Source: a virus (lineage: Duplodnaviria; Heunggongvirae; Uroviricota; Caudoviricetes). From it: DNA of 64,000 nucleotides. The notes under the pieces were generated by a model that saw nothing but the letters and a program-made list of their open reading frames with translations, did no database searches and was not told the DNA's origin. Numbering within the stretch: position 1 is the stretch's first letter; every line of letters starts with the position of its first letter. The DNA lies in the IMG/VR virus record IMGVR_UViG_3300029456_000117; one strand, 5' to 3'. A program made the position numbers and the translations under genes. Shown here piece by piece: positions 28,311 through 35,886 of the stretch.

Positions 28311-28431
28311 GTTGCGTGGGAGGGAATCGAACCCCCATCTCTTCGTTACCATCGAAAAAAGAATTATTGCTGTCCGTGTCACATGGAGCATGACAACCGC
28401 TCATAATGTTCTCTCCATTGAACTACCACGC
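28311..28431 (-). ncRNA. YrlA-like tRNA mimic 4 (121 nt; retains a possible GGU anticodon arm after a 47-nt insertion)
   Basis: Acceptor stem is TGCGTGG/CCACGCA. D arm is GTTC/AATGGAGA/GAAC. T arm is GGGGG/TTCGATT/CCCTC. There is a 47-nt insert containing motif copy 7, then TTTCG/ATGGTAA/CGAAG. Confidence 0.45.
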
Positions 28432-28434
28432 AAG

Positions 28435-28506
28435 ATTGCGGAGACAGGATTTGAACCTGTGACCTCCGGGGCATGAACCCGACAAGCTACCACTGCTCCA
28501 CTCCGC
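28435..28506 (-). tRNA. tRNA-Met (CAU), initiator-like
   Basis: GGCGGAG-TG-GAGC/AGTGGTA/GCTT-G-TCGGG/TTCATGC/CCCGG-AGGTC-ACAGG/TTCAAAT/CCTGT-CTCCGCA-A. It has a 1:72 mismatch and GGG:CCC in the anticodon stem, as in initiator tRNAs. Confidence 0.6.
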
Positions 28507-28721
28507 CATGATGTAACCTCGCCCCTAGGCTACCTTGTAAGTTCCGCTATGTCGTTCCTTGCGTCCCTCACTTAACCGGTGCTAACTACGACAGTATGTG
28601 ACCGGCGGACTTGATTAAATATTTCCGTACACCCGCTTAATGCCCCTCATTGGCGGTTCTGCCGAGACCAATGGCAATGCCGATAGAAAATATCTTTCGG
28701 GAAATCTCTCTAACCCAACTG

Positions 28722-28752
28722 GTTTAGCGTCCGAAGTCAGGACGGCTTTTTA
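28722..28752 (+). terminator. plus-strand rho-independent terminator-like hairpin with U-tract
   Basis: The sequence is gcgtcc-gaagtca-ggacgg-ctttttat. The U-tract is only on the plus strand. The only plus-strand ORF ending here is a weak 64-aa ORF. Confidence 0.4.
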
Positions 28753-29115
28753 TAATACTCTGGATATTGTCTTTCCAGAATTGTTCAGAATAAATACAAC
28801 CTTGTCCTCACAACCAATTCTGCTAAATACATAGCTTTCATCATCAGTTGTTACGACTACGAGATTATCGTTTTCTTCTAACGCAGGATCTCCGAGGTAC
28901 CAAGTAATGTTGTCTCTGCAAAAGCCGGCCTTTTTAATCTCATTCTCAACGCGGTTATAATTCTCTTTTCTCGCGTAAAGTTCTTCGTCAGCATCTTTGC
29001 AATTCTTTGTGTCAATCAACTTTGACTTCAAATCTCCTACTGAAAAACTTTCGATAATTCTTGATTCCATAAGGATTAAATTGTCTGAACCTTTCTTGCC
29101 TATCTGTAATATCAT
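28750..29115 (-). CDS. hypothetical protein embedded in the tRNA array
   Basis: 121-aa ORF with balanced composition. Confidence 0.45.
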   Translation of the reverse strand: MILQIGKKGSDNLILMESRIIESFSVGDLKSKLIDTKNCKDADEELYARKENYNRVENEIKKAGFCRDNITWYLGDPALEENDNLVVVTTDDESYVFSRIGCEDKVVFILNNSGKTISRVL

Positions 29116-29241
29116 TTCGTTTCTTCCTTTCTGTCTGAGCCTTTCGGCTTTATTTTCTCCGTTCCGGACCGGATATTGGATAGGTAAGGGATCGAACCTT
29201 ACACTGGAATATTACGATAGTCGCAGATTACCTCATGTGTT

Positions 29242-29345
29242 TGGTGCGTACGGATTTTTGAACCTATCGTATCAAAGGTGGATGGCTGCCATTCCTGCTT
29301 ATTCCAATCACTGCACTTTGCGCTGTTGCCACATCGGGACGCACC
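29242..29345 (-). ncRNA. tRNA-like element (104 nt) with perfect acceptor stem GGTGCGT/ACGCACC and a T-loop-like GGTTCAAAA
   Basis: A 7-bp terminal stem encloses structured sequence. There is no canonical anticodon arm. Confidence 0.35.
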
Positions 29346-29436
29346 TTTTCCTCAACCGTACTAATATTGCAGTTACCCTTTACTGCCTACTATCCAATTC
29401 TGAAACCTCCTCCACCGGTGGAATACGGTTTCATAG

Positions 29437-29519
29437 CGGTGCATATAGGAATCGAACCTATACGGCATTTCTGCCGGATGGCTTAGCAAGCCACTCCGCT
29501 ACCATTACGGCAATGCACC
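29437..29519 (-). tRNA. tRNA-Ser (anticodon GCU), class II
   Basis: Acceptor stem is GGTGCAT/ATGCACC. Anticodon arm is GTGGC/TTGCTAA/GCCAT. Long variable arm is CGGCA-GAAA-TGCCG. T arm is ATAGG/TTCGATT/CCTAT. Confidence 0.6.
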
Positions 29520-29523
29520 ATAA

Positions 29524-29595
29524 CGACTCTATTGGGAATCGAACCCAAATTTTCCGATAGACAGTCGGGCGTAATAACCTTTATACCATAGAGCC
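29524..29595 (-). tRNA. tRNA-Asp (anticodon GUC)
   Basis: GGCTCTA-T-GGTA...TACG-CCGA/CTGTCTA/TCGG-AAAAT-TTGGG/TTCGATT/CCCAA-TAGAGTC-G. Confidence 0.65.
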
Positions 29596-29719
29596 AAAAC
29601 CACAAAGTAAAATGCGACCTCACACCGCGGAATCGAACCGTTCCTTTCTCTATTGGTTTTTGGATAGAGAATGTGCAACCCATACACCTACGAATCGAAC
29701 GTATCCTTTACTTTGCCAC

Positions 29720-29802
29720 GCCGTGTTAGGGATTTGAACCCCAGAGACTTTTACATCCAGACGGTTTTCAAGACCGCACCCTCGACCAACCGGACACACG
29801 GC
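29720..29802 (-). tRNA. tRNA-Ser (anticodon UGA), class II
   Basis: Acceptor stem is GCCGTGT/ACACGGC. Anticodon arm is GCGGT/CTTGAAA/ACCGT. A long variable arm is present. T arm is TGGGG/TTCAAAT/CCCTA. Confidence 0.7.
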
Positions 29803-29916
29803 AGAGTAGTTTTCCCTTGGTAACGTACAAGTCGGAGATCCTCTTCCGCCGGTCGTAAACGCCCTTTCGTAACCTTTTTATGGAGTGCTTTGAAAGAGTA
29901 AGTCAAGTGTCTCCAA

Positions 29917-29988
29917 CTGGCAAGGTGGGGATCGAACCCACGACATTCTGATTAACAGTCAGACGCTCTACCACTGAGCTACAAGCCA
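29917..29988 (-). tRNA. tRNA-Asn (anticodon GUU) with two U-U mismatches in the acceptor stem
   Basis: TGGCTTG-TA-GCTC/AGTGGTA/GAGC-G-TCTGA/CTGTTAA/TCAGA-ATGTC-GTGGG/TTCGATC/CCCAC-CTTGCCA-G. Confidence 0.55.
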
Positions 29989-29991
29989 TTA

Positions 29992-30066
29992 TTGGAGTAA
30001 CAGGACTCGAACCTGCGCTAACCAACATCCGTAGTGTTGTGCTCTATCCATCTGAGCTATACTCCA
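29992..30066 (-). tRNA. tRNA-Arg (anticodon ACG)
   Basis: TGGAGTA-TA-GCTC/AGATGGAT/AGAGC-A-CAACA/CTACGGA/TGTTG-GTTAG-CGCAG/GTTCGAGT/CCTGT-TACTCCA-A. Confidence 0.7.
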
Positions 30067-30069
30067 ATG

Positions 30070-30833
30070 CAGTCCGGCGGCAGCTTGGATGGTTGCCACT
30101 ACCGAACCGATGCAACGTGTAAGACAGTTGCCAACAAAGGTATTTCATTTTTTAATGTGGTTCTCGGACCTTGCACCCCTCCACATGGTTCTCATAATCC
30201 ACCGACTACATACTCAAAGAACCTTTGACGAGTCCAACTCTTTATCGCCTTACCTCGGATGTACGTTGTTATCGCAGTTCTCCGCCTCTACTACATTCCT
30301 CTGCGCCTGACTAAGCATGACGGCTCGATTGGTTACGGCTCACGCACATCTATAATCAGGTCTTTCTCGGAAGTTTCCACCGCCGCTTAAATCGCTGTAA
30401 CGCTCATGCACTCTAAGCAGTAAATTTTCCGCACCGGAGTTTTTCTTAAAAACTCTTGGTAATGAAAAAGCACTTGGTGATCACCGGAACCTCGCCACCG
30501 CCAATTTTCTTTCCTGTTAAAGCCGGACTAAGAAAATCAGTTAAGAAATCCGCTCGTCCTACGGTGGGGAGTTGAACCCCACTTTCCCCGGCATGGTGTC
30601 CGTGGCATTTCCAGTTATGCTATCGTAGGCACCGTTGCAACAGTGGTCTTTAGCGTGACTTACGCAAGCTCTCCAATTTTAAGTCCTGTCGGCTTTCCCA
30701 GACTACTCACATAAGCCTCTCAGTGAGCATTGCAATCTCCCTATTTAATGATTGCTTACCACGGCTTTCGCCAATACTTTTCAGCCGGAACACTAAACCA
30801 ACTATAAACAGTCAGCGTTATTCTCAGTTGAAA
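30070..30833 (-). other. about 760-nt ORF-free region inside the tRNA array, with a tRNA-like fragment at about 30566-30631 and repeated ccaccgcc elements
   Basis: There is no minus-strand ORF of 60 aa or more. The fragment has a T arm TGGGG/TTCAACT/CCCCA and acceptor-like pairing. The strand and extent of any RNA are unknown. Confidence 0.2.
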
Positions 30834-30905
30834 TGTTCGATGGGAGAATCGAACTCCCGTCCCCACCGTGAAAAGGTGGTGTCTTGACCGTTTGACTAAT
30901 CGAAC
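30834..30905 (-). tRNA. tRNA-Glu (anticodon UUC)
   Basis: GTTCGAT-TA-GTC/AAACGGTCAA/GAC-A-CCACC/TTTTCAC/GGTGG-GGAC-GGGAG/TTCGATT/CTCCC-ATCGAAC-A. Confidence 0.65.
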
Positions 30906-31013
30906 AGAGGAGCGTTCCTTTTTACCGAAAGGCAATTAACCGCACAAGCGTAAACGGGTTCCTGATATTGATTTTTTCTTGCAAGATTACTTTCTCGGCT
31001 CATTACACCGAAA

Positions 31014-31103
31014 TGGGCGAAAGAGGAATTGAACCTCCAATGTTTACCACGAGGGAACGGATTTACAGTCCGCCGCAACACCACCAATCGTTGCCGTTCG
31101 CCC
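31014..31103 (-). tRNA. tRNA-Tyr (anticodon GUA), class II
   Basis: Acceptor stem is GGGCGAA/TTCGCCC. Anticodon arm is GCGGA/CTGTAAA/TCCGT. The variable region is 18 nt. T arm is GGAGG/TTCAATT/CCTCT. Confidence 0.6.
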
Positions 31104-31221
31104 GGAATTTTCTTTGTATCGCCAAGAACATTAGGAAAGAAGCGGTGGGAATCTTGATCGCTAGAGCTGCACCCACAGGTGGAATCGAACCACCACACTA
31201 CACCAAGTTCGCTCCGATCAT

Positions 31222-31497
31222 TTAGCGATTCACTTCATCTTTCAGTGCTTTACCGGCTTTGAACTTAGGTGCTTTGCAAGCCGGAATGGAAATCTCTTTT
31301 CCGTTCTGAGGGTTCTTGCCAACTCTGGCAGCGCGCTCAGTCACTTCAAATGTTCCGAAACCTACCAACTGCACTTTTCCACCCTTTCCAAGTTCTCCGC
31401 CTACGATCTCAACAAATGCGTTGAGTGCTTTTTCAGCGTCACTTTTGGAAAGTCCGGCATCGTCAGCCATAGCCTGTACTAATTCAGCTTTATTCAT
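31222..31497 (-). CDS. hup: HU family DNA-binding protein
   Basis: MNKAELVQAMADDAGLSKSDAEKALNAFVEIV...VQLVGFGTFEVTERAARVGKNPQNGKEISIPA is a canonical HU/IHF signature. Start is taken at the internal Met of ORF 31222-31533. Confidence 0.8.
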   Translation of the reverse strand: MNKAELVQAMADDAGLSKSDAEKALNAFVEIVGGELGKGGKVQLVGFGTFEVTERAARVGKNPQNGKEISIPACKAPKFKAGKALKDEVNR

Positions 31498-32467
31498 TGC
31501 CCTGTACCTCCGTTGTTGATGAAAGATCTCCAATGTCTACGATTGTGTCCGTGCCGTCAGATAGTGATACTTTCGGCAGTGCGCCGTCCCACTTCTCCAA
31601 ATACATCTGCTGCAAAATCTTATTCGTCAGTGAATCATTCAACAGTTTATTGGCGTCCGCTTCCCCCTGCGCTTTAATAACGGCAGCATCAGCTTCGCCC
31701 TGCGCCTGAGTAGTTTTTACCTTGGCATCTGCCTCAGCGGCCTCGATTTTTTTCTTATTTTCGATCTGCTGCTGTTCATAAGCCAACTGTGCGGTCTGTT
31801 TTTCAGCGATTGCCTGATTGTAACTGTCCTCAAAATCAGTATTGGCAATTACTACCTTGTTGATGATTACTACGTCCTCTCCATATTTCTCATTGAGGGC
31901 TTTCTGAATGTTCTGCATGGAAAGAGGTTCTACGATTCCTCTATTCGTTGCATCTGTTGAGGCCAAGGACTTGCTGCTTGTCTTGATTGCGGAAGCCACA
32001 AGTGTCTGCGTTACAAGGTTCTCCTTATAGTTGCTGACGTTTGCATAAATCCATGCGGACATTTCCGGGTTGATCTGGTATGTAACTGTAATGCCGTCAT
32101 AATACAGTGACGTTCTTTCCGATGTTTCAGACCAAATCTGTCCGTCAAAAACAATGTCCTGCTGCTTGTTGTTGACTTTCTCAATCTTCTGGATGAATGG
32201 GATCTTCCAGTTTGCGCCGTTCTGTATTGTTGTCTCATCAATCTGTCCGAATGTGCTTTTAACTCCGGTATATCCGGTCGGTATAATCACGAGTGAATTA
32301 CCTACTCCGAATACAATCAGACCAACAAGTGCCACAACAACAAAACCTTTTGGGAATTTTGCTTTCTCATTTCCCTTTTCCTCGATTTCATACTGTTTTA
32401 ACAAACACCCTGCAATGATGCCGCCGAAGAAAAGTATGATTCCGATGATCGTCAAAATGATACTCAT
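31490..32467 (-). CDS. SPFH/band-7 (HflK/C, stomatin-like) membrane protein
   Basis: 325 aa with an N-terminal TM helix, an SPFH core and a C-terminal AEA/Q-rich coiled coil (QAQGEADAAVIKAQGEADA). Confidence 0.65.
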   Translation of the reverse strand: MSIILTIIGIILFFGGIIAGCLLKQYEIEEKGNEKAKFPKGFVVVALVGLIVFGVGNSLVIIPTGYTGVKSTFGQIDETTIQNGANWKIPFIQKIEKVNNKQQDIVFDGQIWSETSERTSLYYDGITVTYQINPEMSAWIYANVSNYKENLVTQTLVASAIKTSSKSLASTDATNRGIVEPLSMQNIQKALNEKYGEDVVIINKVVIANTDFEDSYNQAIAEKQTAQLAYEQQQIENKKKIEAAEADAKVKTTQAQGEADAAVIKAQGEADANKLLNDSLTNKILQQMYLEKWDGALPKVSLSDGTDTIVDIGDLSSTTEVQGNE

Positions 32468-32629
32468 TCCGTTCTCCTTTTCCGTTTGTATTGCTACCTC
32501 TGGTAGCCGTCACGGTCATGCGCTGGACATTCCGTTTCTGTTCTGCATCGGCGCACTCAACCACCTTACTTCGTCTGGTCTATCTTGGTGTAGCTTCCAT
32601 TTACCCGGGAAATGCCAGATCGCCATGCG

Positions 32630-32704
32630 TGGACCATCAGGGACTTGAACCCCAGACCATCCGGTTATGAGCCGGACGCTCTAACCAACTGAGCTAATGG
32701 TCCA
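32630..32704 (-). tRNA. tRNA-Met or tRNA-Ile2 (anticodon CAU), elongator type
   Basis: GGACCAT-TA-GCTC/AGTTGGTTA/GAGC-G-TCCGG/CTCATAA/CCGGA-TGGTC-TGGGG/TTCAAGT/CCCTG-ATGGTCC-A. Confidence 0.65.
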
Positions 32705-32803
32705 TACCTCACACTCAGGGAGATTTGATGTGAGGTTTCGGAGGATTATCATAAGTGGGAACCCTCCGATGTAGGATTGCTGTCGGGGAACAGTAATCCC
32801 GAG

Positions 32804-32876
32804 TGGGAAGTGTTGGTGTCGAACCAACTCCTATGGATTTTCAGTCCATCGCTTCTACCGAGTTAGCTTACTTCCC
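32804..32876 (-). tRNA. tRNA-Phe (anticodon GAA)
   Basis: GGGAAGT-A-AGCT...GAAGC-G-ATGGA/CTGAAAA/TCCAT-AGGAG-TTGG/TTCGACA/CCAAC-ACTTCCC-A. Confidence 0.7.
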
Positions 32877-33029
32877 ATATTACGGCACTGTTACTGTGCC
32901 GTAATGGTTAGGAGAAACTTTAATGCCAAATACCTTGTGTTCACTCCGCTTAACTTATGTCCGTGTCACTTGGTATGGTCGTAGTATAGCCTACTGAACA
33001 TTGTTTGTCAAGTGGAATAAACAATATTT

Positions 33030-33284
33030 TCAAAAAAATTTGTTTTTCTGTGTGCAGTCGGCTTTACAACCGTTTTTCTGAACATCAGAAATCAACTTGC
33101 TTACAGGGATTTTGAGAAAATTTGCTATATCGTATATCTTGTCGATTGACGGATAACTTTTGCATTGTTCCCAATCGCTCACGGTATTCTGCGCCACATG
33201 AACGCCCGTTGCAAGTTCGTGTTGTGTAATTCCCCTATTCGTTCTTTCTTTTTTCAAGTTGGTGGCGAAACTATATTGTCCCAT
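33030..33284 (-). CDS. XRE-family HTH transcriptional regulator (Cro/CI-like)
   Basis: LKKERTNRGITQHELATGVHVAQNTVSDWEQCKSYPSIDKIYDIANFLKIPVSKL is a classic HTH_3 pattern. Confidence 0.7.
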   Translation of the reverse strand: MGQYSFATNLKKERTNRGITQHELATGVHVAQNTVSDWEQCKSYPSIDKIYDIANFLKIPVSKLISDVQKNGCKADCTQKNKFF

Positions 33285-33295
33285 GCTATCCCTTT

Positions 33296-34948
33296 CTATA
33301 TTCCTAAGTCACTTCTCTTTACTACCTGTCCCTCTCCGCCAAGAAGAGCATCTACAAACTGGGCGAACATTGCCAGAGTGTCCGGCGCATCATCATGTTT
33401 ATTCTTTCCGAGCTGTGTATAACTGCAAAGGAATGACATCATCACACCGTAATCACTCTTAGGCTCATATTCTGTAATATCCTTGAATATGACGTGTTCC
33501 TTAACCCATGAAGAATTGACGATGATCTTGGTCTCTTTGTTCTGAGTAGTGTATTTCTTCGTGATATGGCATCTGCCGCCTTTTGCTTTGACAAGTCTCT
33601 CAACTTCATTTGCGGTTCTGCTACCCTCTTTGTTGCTCTCGAACTGTGCCTGCTGTACATGATGCTTAACAAGCATATCTGAGTTGAGTTCGTCCAAGGT
33701 CCCAGGGTCGATGTTTTTGAATACCAGATCTTCCAGATAGTATCTGTCTCCGTACTGATAGAAAACTCCGAGGAAATTGTAATCTGTACCGGTGTCCTTG
33801 GTATCGCAGATTGCCAATATAGAATCCGGTTCTCTGTCCGGCAGTCCTCCGATATATCTCTGCAATTCTGTTGGATGATACAGAATACCCTCTCTCTCAA
33901 TCGGATCGCTCTTATACAGGCAGCGATATGAAACATCATCCATCGACATTTCCATATCGTGGAAGTATTTCTCATCGAATCCAACATCATAATCGTAATC
34001 AAAGTTGCTTTTTCCGGTCTGAGGATCAATGTCTGGAACAGCAATGAACTCTGCCCTCGGATTGCCCTCATACATTCTTTCAAGCCGACCAATAACATCA
34101 TGCACACTCCATCTGGTTGCAATGTGGATCTCTTTTGCTTTCTTCTTTTTACGAGATTTAAGGTCTGTGGTGTACTCTCCGTACAACTTATCCAGACGAT
34201 CAATAGACAGAGCCTCTTCGATACCGGAAACCAAATCATCCACATACAGAAATCCCTCACAACGGGTAACACCGGTAAGGGAACCTCTAATTGGTCTGCA
34301 GGTCAGTGTCTTAAACGGTTGCCATCTTCCAAGGTTTATTGTCTCTTCTTTTGCGTTATTTCCCTCAAATACAATGTCCGGGAACACATCGCTCCAACAA
34401 TATTCATTGCTGGTAATTATGTTGAGAACGGCATCATAGAACATTCTCGTCATAAATCCAGAATGGGAGGACATAAGGTTTGGCGTGTTTGGGTAATGCC
34501 CCATTACAAACGATATGAAAAACTCTCCCAGTGTGGTCTTGCCGGTGCCAGGAGGCATTGATATTGATAGAATATCCAACTCATCATCAATAAGCCTCTG
34601 CATCTTCTGTACAAGCCAATAAATCTTATTTCTTCGTGGCTGATAGTATCTGTCCTCTGGATCTCTGTTCTTTTCCACATAAAGCAGATAAGAGTCAAAA
34701 TCCTTATGTTCCTGTGCCAAGAACAAAAGAGCCTTATTGTACAAATCGTAATATTTAATATCTCCTGTCGCACATAGTCTCAGTGCAAGGAATCTGACCT
34801 TATTCGCTAATTTCCGTGAAAGTTCTTTATCTTCCCGAATAACCTCATTTGCCATTCCGAGTAAGGACAGAAGATTGTCATAGTCACTCAGATCGCTTTT
34901 CAGAAGCCTTACGATAATCTCTTTATTCGATAGTTCGTGTTGAGCCAT
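33296..34948 (-). CDS. terminase large subunit
   Basis: 550 aa. Walker A is MPPGTGKT. The C-terminal nuclease motif is KHDDAPD. The length is typical. Confidence 0.8.
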   Translation of the reverse strand: MAQHELSNKEIIVRLLKSDLSDYDNLLSLLGMANEVIREDKELSRKLANKVRFLALRLCATGDIKYYDLYNKALLFLAQEHKDFDSYLLYVEKNRDPEDRYYQPRRNKIYWLVQKMQRLIDDELDILSISMPPGTGKTTLGEFFISFVMGHYPNTPNLMSSHSGFMTRMFYDAVLNIITSNEYCWSDVFPDIVFEGNNAKEETINLGRWQPFKTLTCRPIRGSLTGVTRCEGFLYVDDLVSGIEEALSIDRLDKLYGEYTTDLKSRKKKKAKEIHIATRWSVHDVIGRLERMYEGNPRAEFIAVPDIDPQTGKSNFDYDYDVGFDEKYFHDMEMSMDDVSYRCLYKSDPIEREGILYHPTELQRYIGGLPDREPDSILAICDTKDTGTDYNFLGVFYQYGDRYYLEDLVFKNIDPGTLDELNSDMLVKHHVQQAQFESNKEGSRTANEVERLVKAKGGRCHITKKYTTQNKETKIIVNSSWVKEHVIFKDITEYEPKSDYGVMMSFLCSYTQLGKNKHDDAPDTLAMFAQFVDALLGGEGQVVKRSDLGI

Positions 34949-34993
34949 GAAAATTCATCCTTTCTCACGGCTCTACACGGCTCTGTAATATAC

Positions 34994-35362
34994 CTACGGC
35001 ATAACGATTTTAACTTTCGCATCCACAATAATTCCACATTTCATAGGATCATCATATGTTTCAAACTGAATTGCGCCATTTTCTTTAAGTGCTCTGCCAA
35101 TTTCAACTGCCATTCTGTCTTTTATGATTTCTCCCATATTGTCACTTCCTGCTTCAAATATTGTGAGTATTTTGCGTTCTCCAAATGTTCTAATCTCTTT
35201 TCTGCCATACACCGATTGCCAACCTTTTAATCGGCGGTTTTCTTCTAAGATTGTGTTATACGCCGCTTTCAGGCGTTTCCTTTTCAGGCGTGTCTCTTTC
35301 CGTTGCTTTTTCACGTTTTTCCTCCTGGTCTTTTCTATCTCGTACACTCTTACTGCAAACAC
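34994..35362 (-). CDS. hypothetical basic protein immediately upstream of the large terminase (possible small terminase)
   Basis: 122 aa with an Arg/Lys-rich N-terminus, in the position normally occupied by TerS. Confidence 0.3.
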   Translation of the reverse strand: MFAVRVYEIEKTRRKNVKKQRKETRLKRKRLKAAYNTILEENRRLKGWQSVYGRKEIRTFGERKILTIFEAGSDNMGEIIKDRMAVEIGRALKENGAIQFETYDDPMKCGIIVDAKVKIVMP

Positions 35363-35615
35363 TCAGAATAACCATATTGAGATGCTTATTCTGTTCTTTG
35401 AGCTGAGAGTTCTGTTCCAACAGCAGCTCATTCATCTGTGTAATTTCTTTCTTCACTTCATTGTTGGACTTTGCATCTTTCCAACCAACAACAATGTAAA
35501 GCGCCAATATTGCAATCCAAATGATTGCTAAAATAACATCTACCATTCTTTTATTCCTCCGGCATATAATAAACTCCGCAGCTATACGCTGTAACATCTG
35601 CTTGTCCGTTGCCAC
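35256..35615 (-). CDS. membrane protein with coiled coil
   Basis: The TM helix VILAIIWIAILALYIVVGW is followed by a coiled coil. It overlaps neighbouring ORFs in other frames. Confidence 0.35.
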   Translation of the reverse strand: MATDKQMLQRIAAEFIICRRNKRMVDVILAIIWIAILALYIVVGWKDAKSNNEVKKEITQMNELLLEQNSQLKEQNKHLNMVILSVCSKSVRDRKDQEEKREKATERDTPEKETPESGV

Positions 35616-35886
35616 GAACCATAATAATGCTATGATCCATTGCTAGGTCCTTTGCGGCATCCTCGGATATGTTGCAATTCTTGGCTACTATCATATCAGG
35701 AGGAAAAGCATTCCCAAGTAACTGTTCAAATACTTCTTTCCCCCTCTGTTCTGTATCGTAAGCCGCAAGTGTGTAATTATCGGCGGTAATTCTTTTTCCG
35801 TTGAGTGCAATGCTTTTAACGTTGCCGATATTAACTACGTTGCTGCGGTCCTGATCTACAATATACATCTCTAATACTCCAACCAC
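35551..35886 (-). CDS. hypothetical protein
   Basis: 111-aa ORF. Confidence 0.35.
   Translation of the reverse strand: MVGVLEMYIVDQDRSNVVNIGNVKSIALNGKRITADNYTLAAYDTEQRGKEVFEQLLGNAFPPDMIVAKNCNISEDAAKDLAMDHSIIMVRGNGQADVTAYSCGVYYMPEE

Noticed and set aside
27887-28431. Interpretation of the long tRNA-like genes as intron-containing decoding tRNAs (group I or archaeal BHB-type introns)
   Set aside because: The inserts are 13-65 nt, which is too short for group I introns. They sit at varied positions (26/27, anticodon loop, variable arm). Three of four lack any 7-nt anticodon loop. A Y-RNA-like mimic interpretation fits better. This is left open in the findings because mimic 4 retains a possible GGU anticodon arm.
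30896-31198. 100-aa minus-strand ORF
   Set aside because: It overlaps tRNA-Glu and tRNA-Tyr and is translated through tRNA sequence. It is an artefact.
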